Notes: generated by a model from the sequence alone, not told the origin. A stretch of DNA of 64,000 bases from Geosiphon pyriformis uo1 (GCA_016748015.1 JAAOMT010000213.1:216485-280484), one strand, 5' to 3'; shown: positions 26,174 to 40,100, counted from the first letter of the stretch. A program made the numbers and translations.

Positions 26174-26799
26174 TCATCCTTTCCAAAGAGATTGAACTCT
26201 GGCGAAATTAAGCTATTTATGGTGTAATCTATTGGAAAAGTTTTATCTAACTCAAAGCTAACTAGTTTGTTGAAGTTTTTTGTGAATAAGATATATAATA
26301 CTTGAGGCGAAATAAGTTTTGTATCCAAGAGACCAAATCTTTGTATTAGAGTTTTGGCTCTTTTAGCAATAGTTAAAACTCTTGGAATATTTAACCATAT
26401 AATGCCCAAAATTTCTGCCTGTATCTTTGAAGTTGTTTTTTTTATGAGTTTCATATCCTCTATAATTTCACCAAGGTGACCATAGAGTTCTAATTGCCTT
26501 CTATATAACAAGTTTTTGTTTATAGATAAGATTTCTTAAAGTGTTTTTCCAATTGTGTTGGAAGGTAGAAGTATAGCTGCTGTTATACTTTCCAACAGAT
26601 ATTTATTCATTTTACTACCAATTTTTTCTCTTCTGGTAGTGGTTTTTTTTGGTCTAATAACAGTATGTGTTCCACTGTTATCAGTTATGGTGGTTTGTTT
26701 TCCAATAGTTAGAGTAGCATTTGGATAGTTTTTGATCCAATACTTATGAAGAGTATAAAAGGCATTTTGAATGTTTTGATCCAGAAAATAATTGTTCAT
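26143..26799 (-). pseudogene. Accessory ORF3 (~218 codons, one in-frame stop) between pol and the 3' LTR
   Basis: ORFs 26536..26799 and 26143..26511 share a frame (starts 288 nt apart) and are split by a single TAA; ATG start. Confidence 0.65.
26174..26185 (-). other. Polypurine tract of the Ty3 element
   Basis: Minus strand TGGAAAGGATGA directly precedes the TG of the 3' LTR. Confidence 0.7.
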
Positions 26800-26840
26800 G
26801 TCAATTGAAGATACTTCTGTTTTGGGAATGGTGCATTTAT

Positions 26841-29800
26841 TTATACTTGATTTTTGCTAATCATTTGAGCCGGTATTACCACAACAGGCAGCCAATTAGA
26901 TTATTTATGATATTTTTTGAGTTGTATATCATGAACAAGACAATCATTGAAGATTGTTCCAGATTGATTTTGAAGAATATAAGAACTATTGTTCAAAACT
27001 TTGTTGACTATAAAGAGTTCTTTCTATCAGCTAGAAAATTTATCATCATAGACATTGTTTTTGTCTAAACAATATTCCAATACCAAGTCACCAACACTTA
27101 AAGAAAGTGTTTTATAGGTTTTTTTTTTCTTAAGCTTTTTTTGGAACTGTTTTATTTTTTCAAAAGCAATTATTTGTGCTTTAACCAAGAAGTCAAGAAT
27201 GGTACCAAGTCTTTTTTGCAAAATGTCTTTGTAATTCTCTATTGTGATTTCTTCAAAAGGTATTGTTTCAATATCAGTTTCTATTGGTAATGTTGCTATG
27301 TGTTCATAGAACAGATAAAAAGGTTCATAACTTGTTATGTCATAATTTACAATTCTATAAGCAAACAAAGCTGAAGGCAGTACTTTGTCTCATAAGTTTG
27401 TTTTTTCACTGGTTTTGGCTAGGGTTTCACATAATGTTCTATTGAAATGTTTCACTAGGCCATTTGTTTGGGAGTAATAAGGGAAGAAAAGTTTATGATG
27501 TATTCCCATTTTTCTACAAAGTTTCTCAACCAGTGTACTGAGAAAAGCTCTTCCTCTATCAGATAAAAGTTCTTTGGGGCAGCCATGATGGCAGATAATA
27601 TCTTTATAAGTGAAATTGGCTATTGAGACAGCTGTTTGGTCTGGGGTGGCTCTTGCTTCTATCCACTTTGTAAAATAACTAGTAGCTGTGATAATATATC
27701 TGTTGTTATCAGGAGTGATTGTTAAAAATCCAACAACATCTATACCAATTCTGTCAAATGGTTGACCAACAGAGATTGGATGGATATTTTCTTTGTGATT
27801 GGGTTTGCCTCTTTTTTGGCAAATGTCACAAATTTTAATGTATTTAGCAATGTCTTTTTTCAAGATAGACCAATAATAATGAGCTAAAGTTTTCTGAATT
27901 GTCTTTGTTTTTCCAAAGTGTCTAGCTAATGGGTTAGTGTGCATGTTGTATATTACAATTTCTCTTTTTTCAAATCTGATGACTTTTTGGAAGTGGTTAA
28001 GATCTTTTCTGTTTCTTTTGTATAATTGGTTCTGACAGATCAAATAGAAATTTAATTGTTTGTGCAAATATTCTCTTTGCTGTCAAGTGTATTTAGGTGG
28101 ATATTGTTCTTTACCCAAAAATTCCATTAAAGCAGAGTAGTTGTCTAAGTCTATTATTGTGTTTGTTTATGAAGAAGTTATTAATAATTAAGTTGGTTTG
28201 GTTTGAAAGATTGTATTGTCACTGGCTGGTAAATCTAGATAAAGCATTAGTGTTTTGATGATTTGCTCCTTTGCAGTGTTAAATATTATAGTCAAATTCA
28301 TCCAAGTGGAGTATTCAATAAGTTATTCTTTTGTGTTCCAGCTTCTTTTTCTTGTACAGCCAAACCAAGGCTTGATAATCTGTTACCACTAAGAATTTTG
28401 CACCAAGAAGATATTGATTCCAGTAGTTGGTAGCCCAAACTACTGCTAAACATTCTTGTTTAGTAACTAAATAGTTCTTTTCTGCTGGTGTAAGGGATCT
28501 ACTGGCATATGCTATGACATGTTTTCTGCCATTTTCATCTTTCTGTAAAAGGACAGCACCAAGTCTATAGCCAGATGTATTAGTGTGGAGAATAAAAAAT
28601 TGGTCCAGATCAGATTGTTTGAGAATTGGTTTAGTAACAAGTTTTTTCTTCAAAAATTTAAAAGCTTTTTGTTAATGAGTGCTCCAGTGATAATTGACAT
28701 TTTTCTTGAGTAGCTGATTGAGAGGAAATGCAATTTTGGAGAAATTCTTGATAAATTTGTGATAGTAAAAGGCCAAACCAAAAAAAGAGCATAGTTCAGG
28801 GACATTCATTGGTTGTCTAATGTTTTGAACTTTTTTAACTTTAGTTGAGTCAGAAAAGATTCCATCTTTTGTAACAAGATAACCAAGAAATTGGGTGGAT
28901 TGGTGTTCAAAGAAAGATTTGATTGAATTGATCTTAAGGCCAGTATTTCTGAGCAGGTCAAAAACCTTCTGTAAATGTTCAAGGTGTTTATCCCAGATTT
29001 TTGAATATACTATTATGTTATTCAAGTAAACCAGAACAAAGTTTTCTTTTACTAATTCAAACACTTTATCCATTAGACATTAAAAGATGGAAGGAGCATT
29101 AGTGAGACCAAAAAGCATGATTGTGAATTCATAGGTGCCATACTTGGTGATAAAGGCAGTTTTCTTTCTGCTTTCTGGATCCATTTCTACTTGCCAGAAT
29201 CCAGCAATTAAATCAATAGTTGAGAAGAAAGCAGCACCATTGAATTTATCTAGCAATGTATCAATTTTGGGGAGTGGGTACATATTTTTTATAGTGATGG
29301 CATTTAATTGGTGGTAGTCAACACAGAAGCATAAGGTTCCACCTTTCTTGGATACCACTACAACTGGGAAAGCCCATTTACTCTTGATTTTTTGTATGAA
29401 TCCAAGATCTTTTATCTGGTTTATCTCTTTCTTGATAAACTTATCATTGTGTTGATTGAATTGATAAGGCTTCAAATGGATGAGATGAGTTTCTTTGGTA
29501 GTGATAGTGTGTTGTATCACATGGGTTCATCTAGGGGCATTACCTTCTTTTAAGATAACTGGATTATTTCTAGTCAACAGATTTTTAATGTTCATTTTTC
29601 TTTCTTCAGAGGAAGATTCTCTTTGTTCTACAACTAGTAATTGGATTTCAGGTGGTTCATTCTCAAAGGACTTTTGTACTTCTTTAAGTTCTTCTTGAGG
29701 TATCAAGCTAATTGGTTTCCAATCTTTGTAGTAGATTAGGCATGATTTGCATTCATCACTTGGTAAATACAAAAATTTATTACACTAGCACCATGCACAA

Positions 29801-30815
29801 GAACCATGCCATCAATAACTGTATTTTGCTTTCTTGCTAGGTTTTCTGTTAAAGGTTCTTCTGAGGATATCATATTAGGGCCAGCAGATCAGCTTGCCAT
29901 TTACTATGATTTCTTCTTTGTCAGCTTTAACATTATCTAGTGGCTTGTCATTGCTGGTGAAGATGGTATAAGCAAGTTCAGCAGTTTCTTCTGGTTCTTT
30001 TTGATCTTCATTATTATTACTCTCATCATTATCTGATTTATCTGATTGTTCTTCTTCTTGGTTCTGCTTGAATACTAGAGGGGTTTTCCAATATCAGCAT
30101 TTAATCATAATGGGTTTCTTACCACATCTGATGGTTAGTTTATAAAGTTCATAATCAAGTAATGCTTTGGCTTTTTTAAGCCATTTATTACTAACAATAA
30201 TGATGTACTCTTTTGTTTTAAATACTTTTATATCTGTTTCAATGCTGATACTATTGATGCAAACAGGAATAGCTTTGGCTATGCTCAGGCCTTTTTTTTG
30301 TTACTATGTAAATTAGTCATTGGTTTTGTGGAAGGCTCATCAATCTTTCTGCCAATTGCTTCAAGAAAATGTTTGGCAATTACACTAACAGATAATCCAC
30401 TATCTAGGATCAGATCAATGAAGTAACCAGCCACTTGGGCTTTACAAATCAGAGGAGTAATATTGCTGTTATCAGCAAATCCAGCTTGGCGAGGATGTTT
30501 ATTGGTTTTTGGTGTTTTTTTCTTTGGTATCAATGATTTGCAAAGATCTTTTCTGAATTGTGGATGGGTTATCAGTTGGCCAAATGTAATGTGTGCTGGG
30601 ATTTCTATGAAATCTTTAACAACAGAATAGGATCCAGATTTTTGTACAATTTCTGAAGATTCTAACTTTAGAGAATTTTTAAAAACCTTAGTTTTTGGTG
30701 GCTCATTGTTATTAGCAGATGATTTGGATGCTTTGTTTGGGTCCAAGACAAAATCAACCTTGGCTTTCTTCTTCTTTCTAGTTAATTCAGAGGTGTTGAT
30801 TGCTAGTTTATCCAT
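26841..30815 (-). pseudogene. Ty3 pol (aspartic protease, Cys-rich insert, RT, RNase H, integrase)
   Basis: Protease LILDSGLSVS. RT FCVDYHQLN, TAFIT, FGLTNAP, VYLNN (from YLDD). RNase H HTNTSGYRLGAVL, QECLAVVWA. Integrase H..H..CDICQ, IGIDVVG, SDRG, QTNGLVK, and a GPF-like tail. Confidence 0.93.
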
Positions 30816-30899
30816 ATCATGATCATCATTAGTTAGGTTAAAAACATAAAAGGGGTTTTCTTCTAGTTGGCTTACACTCTCACCCTTTGGAGGGTGCCT

Positions 30900-32498
30900 A
30901 CCAGTTTAAAGACTGATAAACAGTGACTTCAACTAAGAGATTCTCTTCAAAGAAATTGATGTTGACATGAATGGTTTTTTGGTTGGAAACACTATTATTA
31001 ATGGTTCTGTTGTTTTGATTGTCATTGTTTCTAGAAGCTAAAGAGAGCAATAGAGGATTGTTGCAGTCTCTTGAGAAATGTTCAGTTAGTCCACAATGAT
31101 AGCATACAGGTGGGCCATGATTTTGCTGTCTTTAATATGGTGATTGTTGGGGCTGATTGAAACAGGGTTCAAATCTGGGTCTTTGGGGTTGTTGATTTTT
31201 TCTAACTGCTTGGGCCAATGGTTCTAATAGCCAGACAAAATTAGCTGTAGTCTATCTATTAACTGTTCATATGGGTCTTGAGTTTAGGCAGCAAAAGAGA
31301 TAGCAGCCATTTGGAAAGCAGGAGCCATAACAGAAGCAGAAGCAAAAACTGGAAGTGTGAATCCTAAGTGCATCCTTTGATTGTCTTCTATTCTTTAAGC
31401 AAGTTCAATGGCCATGTCTATTGTGGGATTATCTTTCAAGGCCAGAAGGGGCCAAAAAGCATATAATAGATCAGTTCTCAGTCCTTTTGTAAAGGAATAT
31501 ATTTTCTGCTCTTTTGTCTAATTTTTTCCAGAATCTACCCATTTAATGAGTTTTCTTATTGCTTTGGCATATTCTGTTACAACCTCACCAGAACCTTGAA
31601 TTCTTCTTTCTAATTCCATACACCATTTTGAGATTAAGATGGAAGTTCTAAATTTTGTTTCAAATCAGGTAGTAAAAGAGATGTTATTTTCTCCAGCATT
31701 TGCCAGTGCCCATCTAATGATTTTTTGCTAAGCATTGGCATTGGTTTCTTGTGAAAACCAAGTAGCAGGAGAGCCTTGGAGGTAGCCACCAATGATTTGG
31801 AACTTATATTCATTATCATATTGGTTTGCTGTGGCAGCTCTTTCAAAATCATCCAACTATTCAATTAGATCTTGGGCATTACTTCTGAATAATAGTAATG
31901 AGGTGTTGTTTTTTCACCCTAAAGCAGTCTGTATACCTTGAAGAGCAATCAGAATGTTTTGTTGTAAAGGGTCTTGAGCCATTGGTTCAGGTGTAACTGT
32001 TTGTGTGAAGTGTTCTGATTTATTTGAAAAGAGATCAAAAACAGAAGTGGTTTAATAGCTTTTTTTTTCTGTTTCAAGAGAAGTTTCTGTTGATTAATGA
32101 GCAGCAATCCAAATGTAGATTTGATGATTCAGATATTCGAGATCAGAGGGCTGTTGTTCAAAGGTTGTAGAATATAAGAGCTGATTGATACTGTTGTTTC
32201 TTTCTTCAAAGTCATCTTCAAAATAAGCTTGGTCAAAGTAATAGGTTGTATAAGCTGTGTAGGTTTTAGCTGAATGCTCATTCAGGAACCAGTTCCAAAA
32301 GTCTTGGAATTGTCTGCTGAATTGTTTTTCAATGGAAAAGCAAATCAAGCAGAAGGACAAAGGATTAAGTTCAATAAAGTCTAGATCATTTTTGTTGTGT
32401 GCTTTAAAGTGTTCTTTTGATTGTTGTGGCAGATATAAATAATTACCTATACAAATAGGAAACAAAGTGGATTTTGACAACTTCATAGGAAGCACCAC
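30900..32498 (-). pseudogene. Ty3 gag with long N-terminal extension and CCHC knuckle
   Basis: Reading through the stops gives ...LDDFERAATANQY...QGSGEVVTEYAKAIRKL...FTKGL, then CYHCGLTEHFSRDC near 31065-31105. Boundaries are approximate. Confidence 0.85.
32481..32497 (-). other. Primer-binding site (complementary to a tRNA 3' end)
   Basis: Minus strand TGGTGCTTCCTATGAAG begins 6 nt after the 5' LTR; TGG pairs with tRNA CCA. The tRNA identity was not determined. Confidence 0.75.
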
Positions 32499-32503
32499 TT
32501 TTA

Positions 32504-33230
32504 TGTTATGAGTTGGAATAACAAGCTAATGGATAGCAAGGGAGAACAGGATTGTAGGGTGATGAGAATAATCAAAGAGGAATTCAACTTTAAAGAGTGA
32601 ATTGAATGAGTAAGAATTCAATGTGCAAGATCTGTCTCATAAAATATCTCAGTTATTATACTTTTCAAAGATAACTGAGGAACCTGAAGGTAGTGGAATA
32701 GTCCATACTGTCAATAAATGATCACACATTGATATAATTCTATGCTTCATGTTAGCACTCTTAAAATTCAATATCAGGTATCAGATGTACTCTTCAGTTA
32801 CATTTTATTCAATAATCTTCAAATGCTGCAATTATACATTTTAGGAAAAGGGTAAAAAATAACTAACAAGTAATCTTTTATCTTTAAGATATTCAGATAC
32901 TTGAAAGTAGAGAAAGGGAATTTAGTGATAAAAAAGATTGAGATGAAAGTTGTTATTTTATTTATTTGATTTCCTTGATTTTTTTATGCTTTTCTACAGC
33001 TAAAAAATTCATTGCTTATATAGCTGTCAAAAGTAGTCAATAATCAGGTCAACAACTAAGTCAATGATCAGATCAATAATCAGGTCAATAATCAGGTCAA
33101 TGATCAAGTCAACAGTCAGGTCATTGATTAAGTTAATAATTACTTTCTAAAAATAGAGTGGCTAATTTATGTGATACTAGTGACTAATACATATGATAAT
33201 TAATAAGAAGTATAAGTTTTAATTGTAACA
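32504..33230 (-). repeat. 5' LTR (727 bp) of the Ty3 element, with TATA box and 12-bp tandem array
   Basis: TG...CA termini; minus-strand TATATAA at ~33016-33022; nine 12-mer units at 33036-33143. Confidence 0.95.
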
Positions 33231-35399
33231 ATATATTTAGCTACTATATGAAAATTAAGATGTTAATTCAAAGCTGTATATTACTAATTAATATTATAAT
33301 AAGAAAATAAACCATAACTTTAAAATTAGGCCTAAATTTTTACTAAAAATATCTTATAATATTATTTATTAATCTAACAAAATACCAAGTATTGTTAAAA
33401 CTTATTTTACTATTAATTATTAAAATTGTTTTATTAATATTTACAAAAAAAATAAGCCCAGAATAAGTAGTTTAGTTTGCTAATACATTAGTATATTTGT
33501 TGTTTAATACATCAAAATAACTTTTTATTTTGATTTAATTGACCAAAATATTTTTTTTCTTGACTAAATTACCAATGTAATATTATTTTATTCAATATTT
33601 ATTTTAAAAATCAGAAGTTATTAATTTTAACTTGGCTTAATATATACTTAAAAAAACCTGGCTGTCTGAAAATATTGTAATATATAAAGACACTAAAATA
33701 TACTTAAAAGTCAATATTACAGTCTACAATTTAGCCAAAATCAAAGACAGTAAATCATAAATTTTTACATTTATATTTAAGTCAATATCAAAAAAAATAA
33801 GCAGCCATATTATCAATAACATTAATAAAACTAAAGTGCTTAATAAAACTATTTATGTAGATTAAAATTTTAGGCAGAGATATGTTTTTTAAGTCAGATT
33901 GAATAGCATTAAAGTTACATATATTAAATATACTTAATCTAAAAAAAGATTAAATAGTAGACAAAAAACTTTTGACCAAACTATTATCTTTAATAAACTC
34001 TAAAACACAAATAAATCAGAAAAAAATTAAATCTTTAAAATTTAATTGTTTTTAATGTTAAAAAATTTTTTAAGTAAAATACTTATTATGCTTATCCAAT
34101 AATTAGTTTACAAAAACAATATTAAAGCACTTCAAAAATCTAAAAATTCGAAAATACTTCAAATAACTTAGTATATTTATAATAAAGATATTATATTTAA
34201 GATAAAAAGCATTAAAAAAGCCATTAGTTAAGAAAATTTTATTGTTTATAAAAATTTTTATAATATTAACCAAAAAGTTGTTCTTAAAATTAATTTTAAG
34301 CTTAACAGAAAATTGAAAGAAATTTCAAAAAACCCAATCTAAAATCTGTAAATTTAACAACTTGTTCTTAAAAAACTGACCAAAAATTTTATTAACATTA
34401 AAAAAATAAACCATTAAAGCCACTTTTTTTTAATTTAAACTTGATTAAAAGACTTTAAATTATATAAAAATAAGTGATATACAGTCTTATTTGAGAAATT
34501 TTTAAGCAAATTAATCTTTGATTTTAACTCTTTTCTAATTAAATAATCTTATTTTTTATATATACTTTTACTAAAAAAGCTGAATTAAGTCTTATATTCA
34601 ATAATAAACTATAATATAGTAAAGACCAAATACAAAAATTGTTTATCTAATATAGCTTTATATAAGATTATAAAAAAAATCTTATAACTGTATTTATTTT
34701 TTTTAAATTTAGATCTAAAAAACTTTTTATTAACAAAAATATACTCAAATACTAATAAGCTTTATTAGTTTTTACAATTATAATTAAAAACTTATTAATA
34801 TTTAAAAAAAATCTTTAATTCTAAAATTAATTAAGATAACTACTATTTTGTTTATATTAATTAAAATGTTTATTATATTAAAAAATTTACTAGCAATATT
34901 TAAAATATTTTGTGTTATCATATAACAATTATCAATTTAAATTATATTATTTACAAAAATACTGGCAATCAAGTATGAGATCAAATTTGTATTAAATTCA
35001 ATTTTATTAGTTTTAGTAATAAACTTAGAATCTACTTAATATCTAAACAAAAATTTGTGTAGTTTTATCTTACATAAAAGAAAATTATAGAAGATTTTCT
35101 AAAGAAAAAATAAAAAAACTTTATTTTAATTTAAATTATTATGTATTTTATAATTATTTAACAAATTAAAATCTGTTATAACTCTATTTATATATTCAAT
35201 ATAAATATAACCAAAAAATTTTATAAATTTGTCACATATTTTAATCTTTTTTAAACAATTGTTTAAATGTATTTATCTTATTAAGTTATATACTTTATAT
35301 ATATCTTAAAACACCAACCAAATTTTTTTACTCTTTTATAAAATATTTTTAACAACAAATTTAATATTAAAAATTAAAAACTGAGTTAAAATGCTTTTT

Positions 35400-35780
35400 A
35401 AAACTGGAAAATTTTGAAGTTATCTTATATTAAAAAACATATTAGCTTATAAAAACACTAGAAAACAATTGTAAAACAACAGTTAATAATATTAGTAACT
35501 CTCAAAAACAACAAAAAAAAGATATAACAATAATTTATTTAACCAACCAATTGAATTTAAGATTAAAGACAAAATATTATTATATTGTATTAAAGTAAAA
35601 AAAACAGTAAAGTAAAAAATTTGATCCAAAATAAGATGAATTATTTTATATACATAAAGTTTTTAACAATGAAGCTTATAAACTATAATTGAAAAACAAA
35701 ATTCTGAAAAAAGTCACACATAAAAATTGTTTAAAATTTTATTATATAATACAAAAATTATTATTAGTTATATCTTAACT
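35400..35780 (+). mobile_element. Ancient Ty3 integrase C-terminal relic, probably part of a larger decayed element (~33.2-37.1 kb)
   Basis: Reads EFKIKDKILL...KFDPK*DELFYIHKV.NNEAYKL, which reverts to FKIGDKVLL...KWDGPF...GxYKL when G->A/C->T changes are undone. Confidence 0.65.
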
Positions 35781-37186
35781 AAAGACACAAATTTCATTAA
35801 TCAGATCTAAAGATATTTTATAAAATTTAAAACCAATTATTATTATTGAACACAACTTATTTATAGAAAATTTGAATTATAAAAATTAAAATATATAACA
35901 CTAAAAAACTAAATAAAAAAAGCTTAAAACAATTTTATTATAAATTTTTTAGACAAAATTTTAAAACTTTTACAACTATTTAAAACAATATAATAATTAA
36001 CAACTTTAATAAAAGTAACTATTAATAAAAGAGAAATATAATACAAAACTACAAACAAAAAAAGAATAAGTAAGAGTTTAATTAGAATTAAACATTTTTA
36101 ATTCTATTTGGTTTTAAACAAAAAAACTTTAATATCTAAGCAATAAAAAAATTAAAAAAGCCTTAAACAACTTAACTATAAAATTAAATACAGAAAAAAA
36201 AACAATAAAAATCTTTATAATATAAAAAAAAACTTTTATTAATATATTAGTTTTTTAAACTTGGAGAAAAATTAAATATATAGATATCTTATATAAACAA
36301 TAATAAACAAATATTTAATAAAAAAACTTTTTAACAAATAGAAATTTTTTTTGGAAAAAACAACCTAATACTACACTATAAAGCAATATATTAACTATAT
36401 ATTAGCATTCAAATATTGTTTAATCATATTATTAAACAGTTTATTAAAAACAATTACAGTCAACAATATTGAATAAATAAATAAATTTTAATTTAAGAAA
36501 TTACAAAAAGCAATATTTAATATAATACTTAAATATTATACTAAAAAAACAATTTTTAAAGATATATACAGTTTCACAGAAATTCAATATTAAAAATAAA
36601 TAAATAAACATAACTGAAATAAATAAATAAATAATTAAAATATTATTATTAAAATTTAATCTTTAATAATATAATATTTTTTACTATTTAATTAATATTA
36701 TAATAAAAACAAAATTAAGTAATAAAATTAACAACTTATTTAGTAAAATAAAACATAATATAAAATGTTAATAATATGTATTAAAAGACTAAAAAATAAT
36801 AAAAAATTCGAAAAAGTAATAAAAAATACATATATATTTTGAATATTAATAAAAAATACTTAAAGCTTAAAGAAAAAAAAAAGATATATAAAAAAGATAA
36901 TTAACTATTTACTATAAAGCTACAATATAAAAAAGAATTGGCTTAATATAAAACTAATACTTTTCTTAGTTTATGAAAAACTGTATATATAGCTAAATTA
37001 CATAAGATTTATATACTATATTAAGACTATTTTAAATACATTAATTATTTATATACATTAAATTAATTAATTTAATTGTAAACTTATTCAGCATGTTATT
37101 TTTTTAGAAGCTAGTAATTTAGATAATTAGATTTAAATAGCTAAATTTAAAACTATAATAATATATCAAACAATTATTTTAAAAAT

Positions 37187-40100
37187 ATAAATTTTTTTTT
37201 TCTTGTTGATTTCCTAACTATAACAAAAGCAAAAAATTTTTTGGAGAAGTCACTTTTTTTTTTTCCTTTGTTTTCTTAAGTCATTTCTTTTAACATATTT
37301 CCTTTTGTTGTAATAAAACCAATGGGCTTGTCTGCTGATGGTTTTGGTTTGGTTTTGGCTGGATTGGAGACCCAGTTTGGCAATAAAAAAAAAGCACATG
37401 TTAAGAGTATTTACTCTTATGGTTTTTCATTTAAAAAACTAAAAAAACCTAAGACTCTTGATGTTATGATGGATTTGTCAACTGAATTTTTGTCTGCCAA
37501 CATGTTGCAAGCTATCAGTATTAAGCATACTAAATCTTGAGGCAGTAAAATAGACAGTAAAAAAAACAGTATTAGTAAGATATCAGATATGAAGAACATA
37601 AAAAACACAATTACTAAAGAAACAAGCTATATTGACTTCAATGCTTCTAAGACAGACAACATAATAGATAACACTACTTCAAAAAAGATATGTATAAGAA
37701 CTTATGTCTTAGAACAATTGCCAAAAGTGTCTTTTTTCGAAAATTTGAGTGATGATAATACCAAATTAATGCTTTCAATGTCTAAATTTGTGAGATTCAA
37801 AAAATTGTTATTGATTGAATTGCATATTAGAGATGTCCAGAATTTTGACTCGAAGAAATTTTTTGTATTAGATGTTAAACTTTCTGCTGTGTCTGGCAAA
37901 ATTTTTGGTGATAAGTTGTTGTTTATTAAAAAATTTTCTATCAAATAGATGGTTTTGAGAGAGCTTTCACTCTCTTAAAATTCTTAGAGATTATCAAATC
38001 TTCATTTACATCTGAATTAAGTCTGAGTAAGGCTAAGAAATTGGTAATTAGTAAGAAAATTCTGGTTAATAATGACATAAGAAAAACAATTAATCATACA
38101 GATTGGGAGGTAATTGTCAAGAAAATTCCAATTAATCTTCTTAAATCAACAGTAGAGTTAGTTTTTTCAAGTTTGGTAAGGTGGTTTCAATTAAGATACA
38201 ACTGATTAGTTTTTGATAAAAGACCTTGGTAGAATTTGAGTCAGTAAATATAACTAGTTTGGTTGCTTTTAAATAATCAGTTTTTATAAATAAGAATTCA
38301 GTTTGTGTGGTATTGGCTATCAATGACAAACAATCATAAGTTTTAAGGAATCAGCATCAGACTTTGTTGTATACTCTTTCAGTTGGCATAACTGCTTATA
38401 ATTTGTCTAATTTATTGGAATCATATGGTAAAAAAACTTGTTTCATTGGCTGTAATCCTAGTTCATATGTTTAAAATAGATGTGCAGTGGTTTGTTTTGA
38501 TAATAAAACATCTATGTTGGCTGCTATTAACTCTATTCCAGTTTTTAAGAGTGTGAATTTATGCTGGGCTGGGCTTTTTTTAATCTGTTATATTCAATAC
38601 AAATAGTTTGGTCATATTTTAGTTGATTGTTCAGTGAGTGGGAATTCTGGTAGTCATGATAAGTGGTTGGTAACTTCTTAGAATCAGATGTGTTTGACTA
38701 ATATTTATAAAAAAAAACAGACACTTATTACTTATTCAGTTTTTTTTGGTAATAGAACTTGGGCCCAAATTGCTGATGGTTTTTCTTGTGTGGTTTTGTC
38801 AGTTTTTTTTGGTGCTGGTTTGTTTTCAAATACAAAACTCATTTTAATGGTTTTCAATTTTCTTGGTAATTCTCTTTTGGCTAATTACTTGATTTCTTTG
38901 AAGTGTTTTTTGGAGCTTTTAGCAAATTAAGTTTCTGGTATTAAGAAAAAATTGTGTTTAATCAAATTGGTGTCTTTGGCACCCTCTTTTTAAGTCTCTT
39001 CTCTGATTATTCCTAAGTCTTTGGTTTCTGATTTAGAGTTAAATATGGTCTTGGATAATGTTTTGGTGTTATTTGCTCCTTTTTTTTCGGCTGTTGTTGA
39101 TATGATTACAGACTTCAGTTTAAGTAGTTCTAAGATTTTAACCACCAAGGTGAGTGGTTTAGAGTCAAAGATAGTGGTTTTAAAAACATTAATTGATTCA
39201 GTTTTAAAAAGGTTGAATTGTTTATGTTTTGGTTTGAGTTTATTAGCTTTTTTTTTCTCTAATAAATAAGTTGGTATAGAAATTTGCTATGTGCAACATT
39301 AAAAGTATAAACAATCCTGTTAATCAGAAAGATATTATTTATTAACATAAAGATATAAACAATTTGGTTTTTATTGTTACTAAAACAAAATTGAGGAACA
39401 AGGCTCATTTTTAGATTATAAATAAGTTTGATAGTGTTCATGTATTTACTTCTGGTTTGGAGTCTGGTTATCTGGGCTCTGGTGTTGCTATTATAATGAA
39501 CATTGGTTTGGTAAAACATATGTGTAAAGTTTCAGAGGTGGCTGGCAGATTCTTGTCTATAAAGCTACTTTTCAAGAATAAGTTATCTGTTTTAATTTTG
39601 GGTCTTTATGCTAGTGCTGTTCTGGTTGTACATCTGTTTTAGACTAGTAATGTCAACTCTTTAATTGCAAGAGCAGTAAATGAATCCTCTTTTGTTGTCT
39701 TGGATGGGGATTTCAATGAAAATGGTTTGTGTAAGTGTACTAGTTTCAGAAAATATCTTAATTTGGGTTGGTAAATTCTCTTTCAGGTAGTTCAATAATT
39801 AAAAGCTCTACATAAAAGAATTTGAGAGGTGCCAAAAAAACAATAGACTATGTGTTTGTTTCCTCAAATTTGGTCAATACAGTAATAAGTTATGATGTTT
39901 AAAATGTTATTGAGCACTTTAATACTAATTACTAAGCTGTTTCTGTGTCAATGGATTTGAGTGGTCTGTTGGATACACAGTTGATTTCTCTTCACAAACA
40001 GGCAAATAGAGATCATTAGAAATTTGATGTTAAGAATACTGGTGAGACTAAGTGGTATAAATTCAAAGAGTTTATGGCAGCTAATATGGTGATGCTTTTT

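Larger units (their letters stand above)
25507..33230 (-). mobile_element. Complete Ty3/gypsy LTR retrotransposon, inactivated by nonsense mutations
   Basis: Two TG...CA LTRs, 4-bp TSD ATAT (25503-25506 and 33231-33234), gag-PR-RT-RH-IN order on the minus strand, PBS and PPT present. Confidence 0.96.

Noticed and set aside
33036-33143. 12-mer array as a CRISPR-like array
   Set aside because: It has no spacers, lies in a eukaryotic LTR, and has no cas genes nearby.
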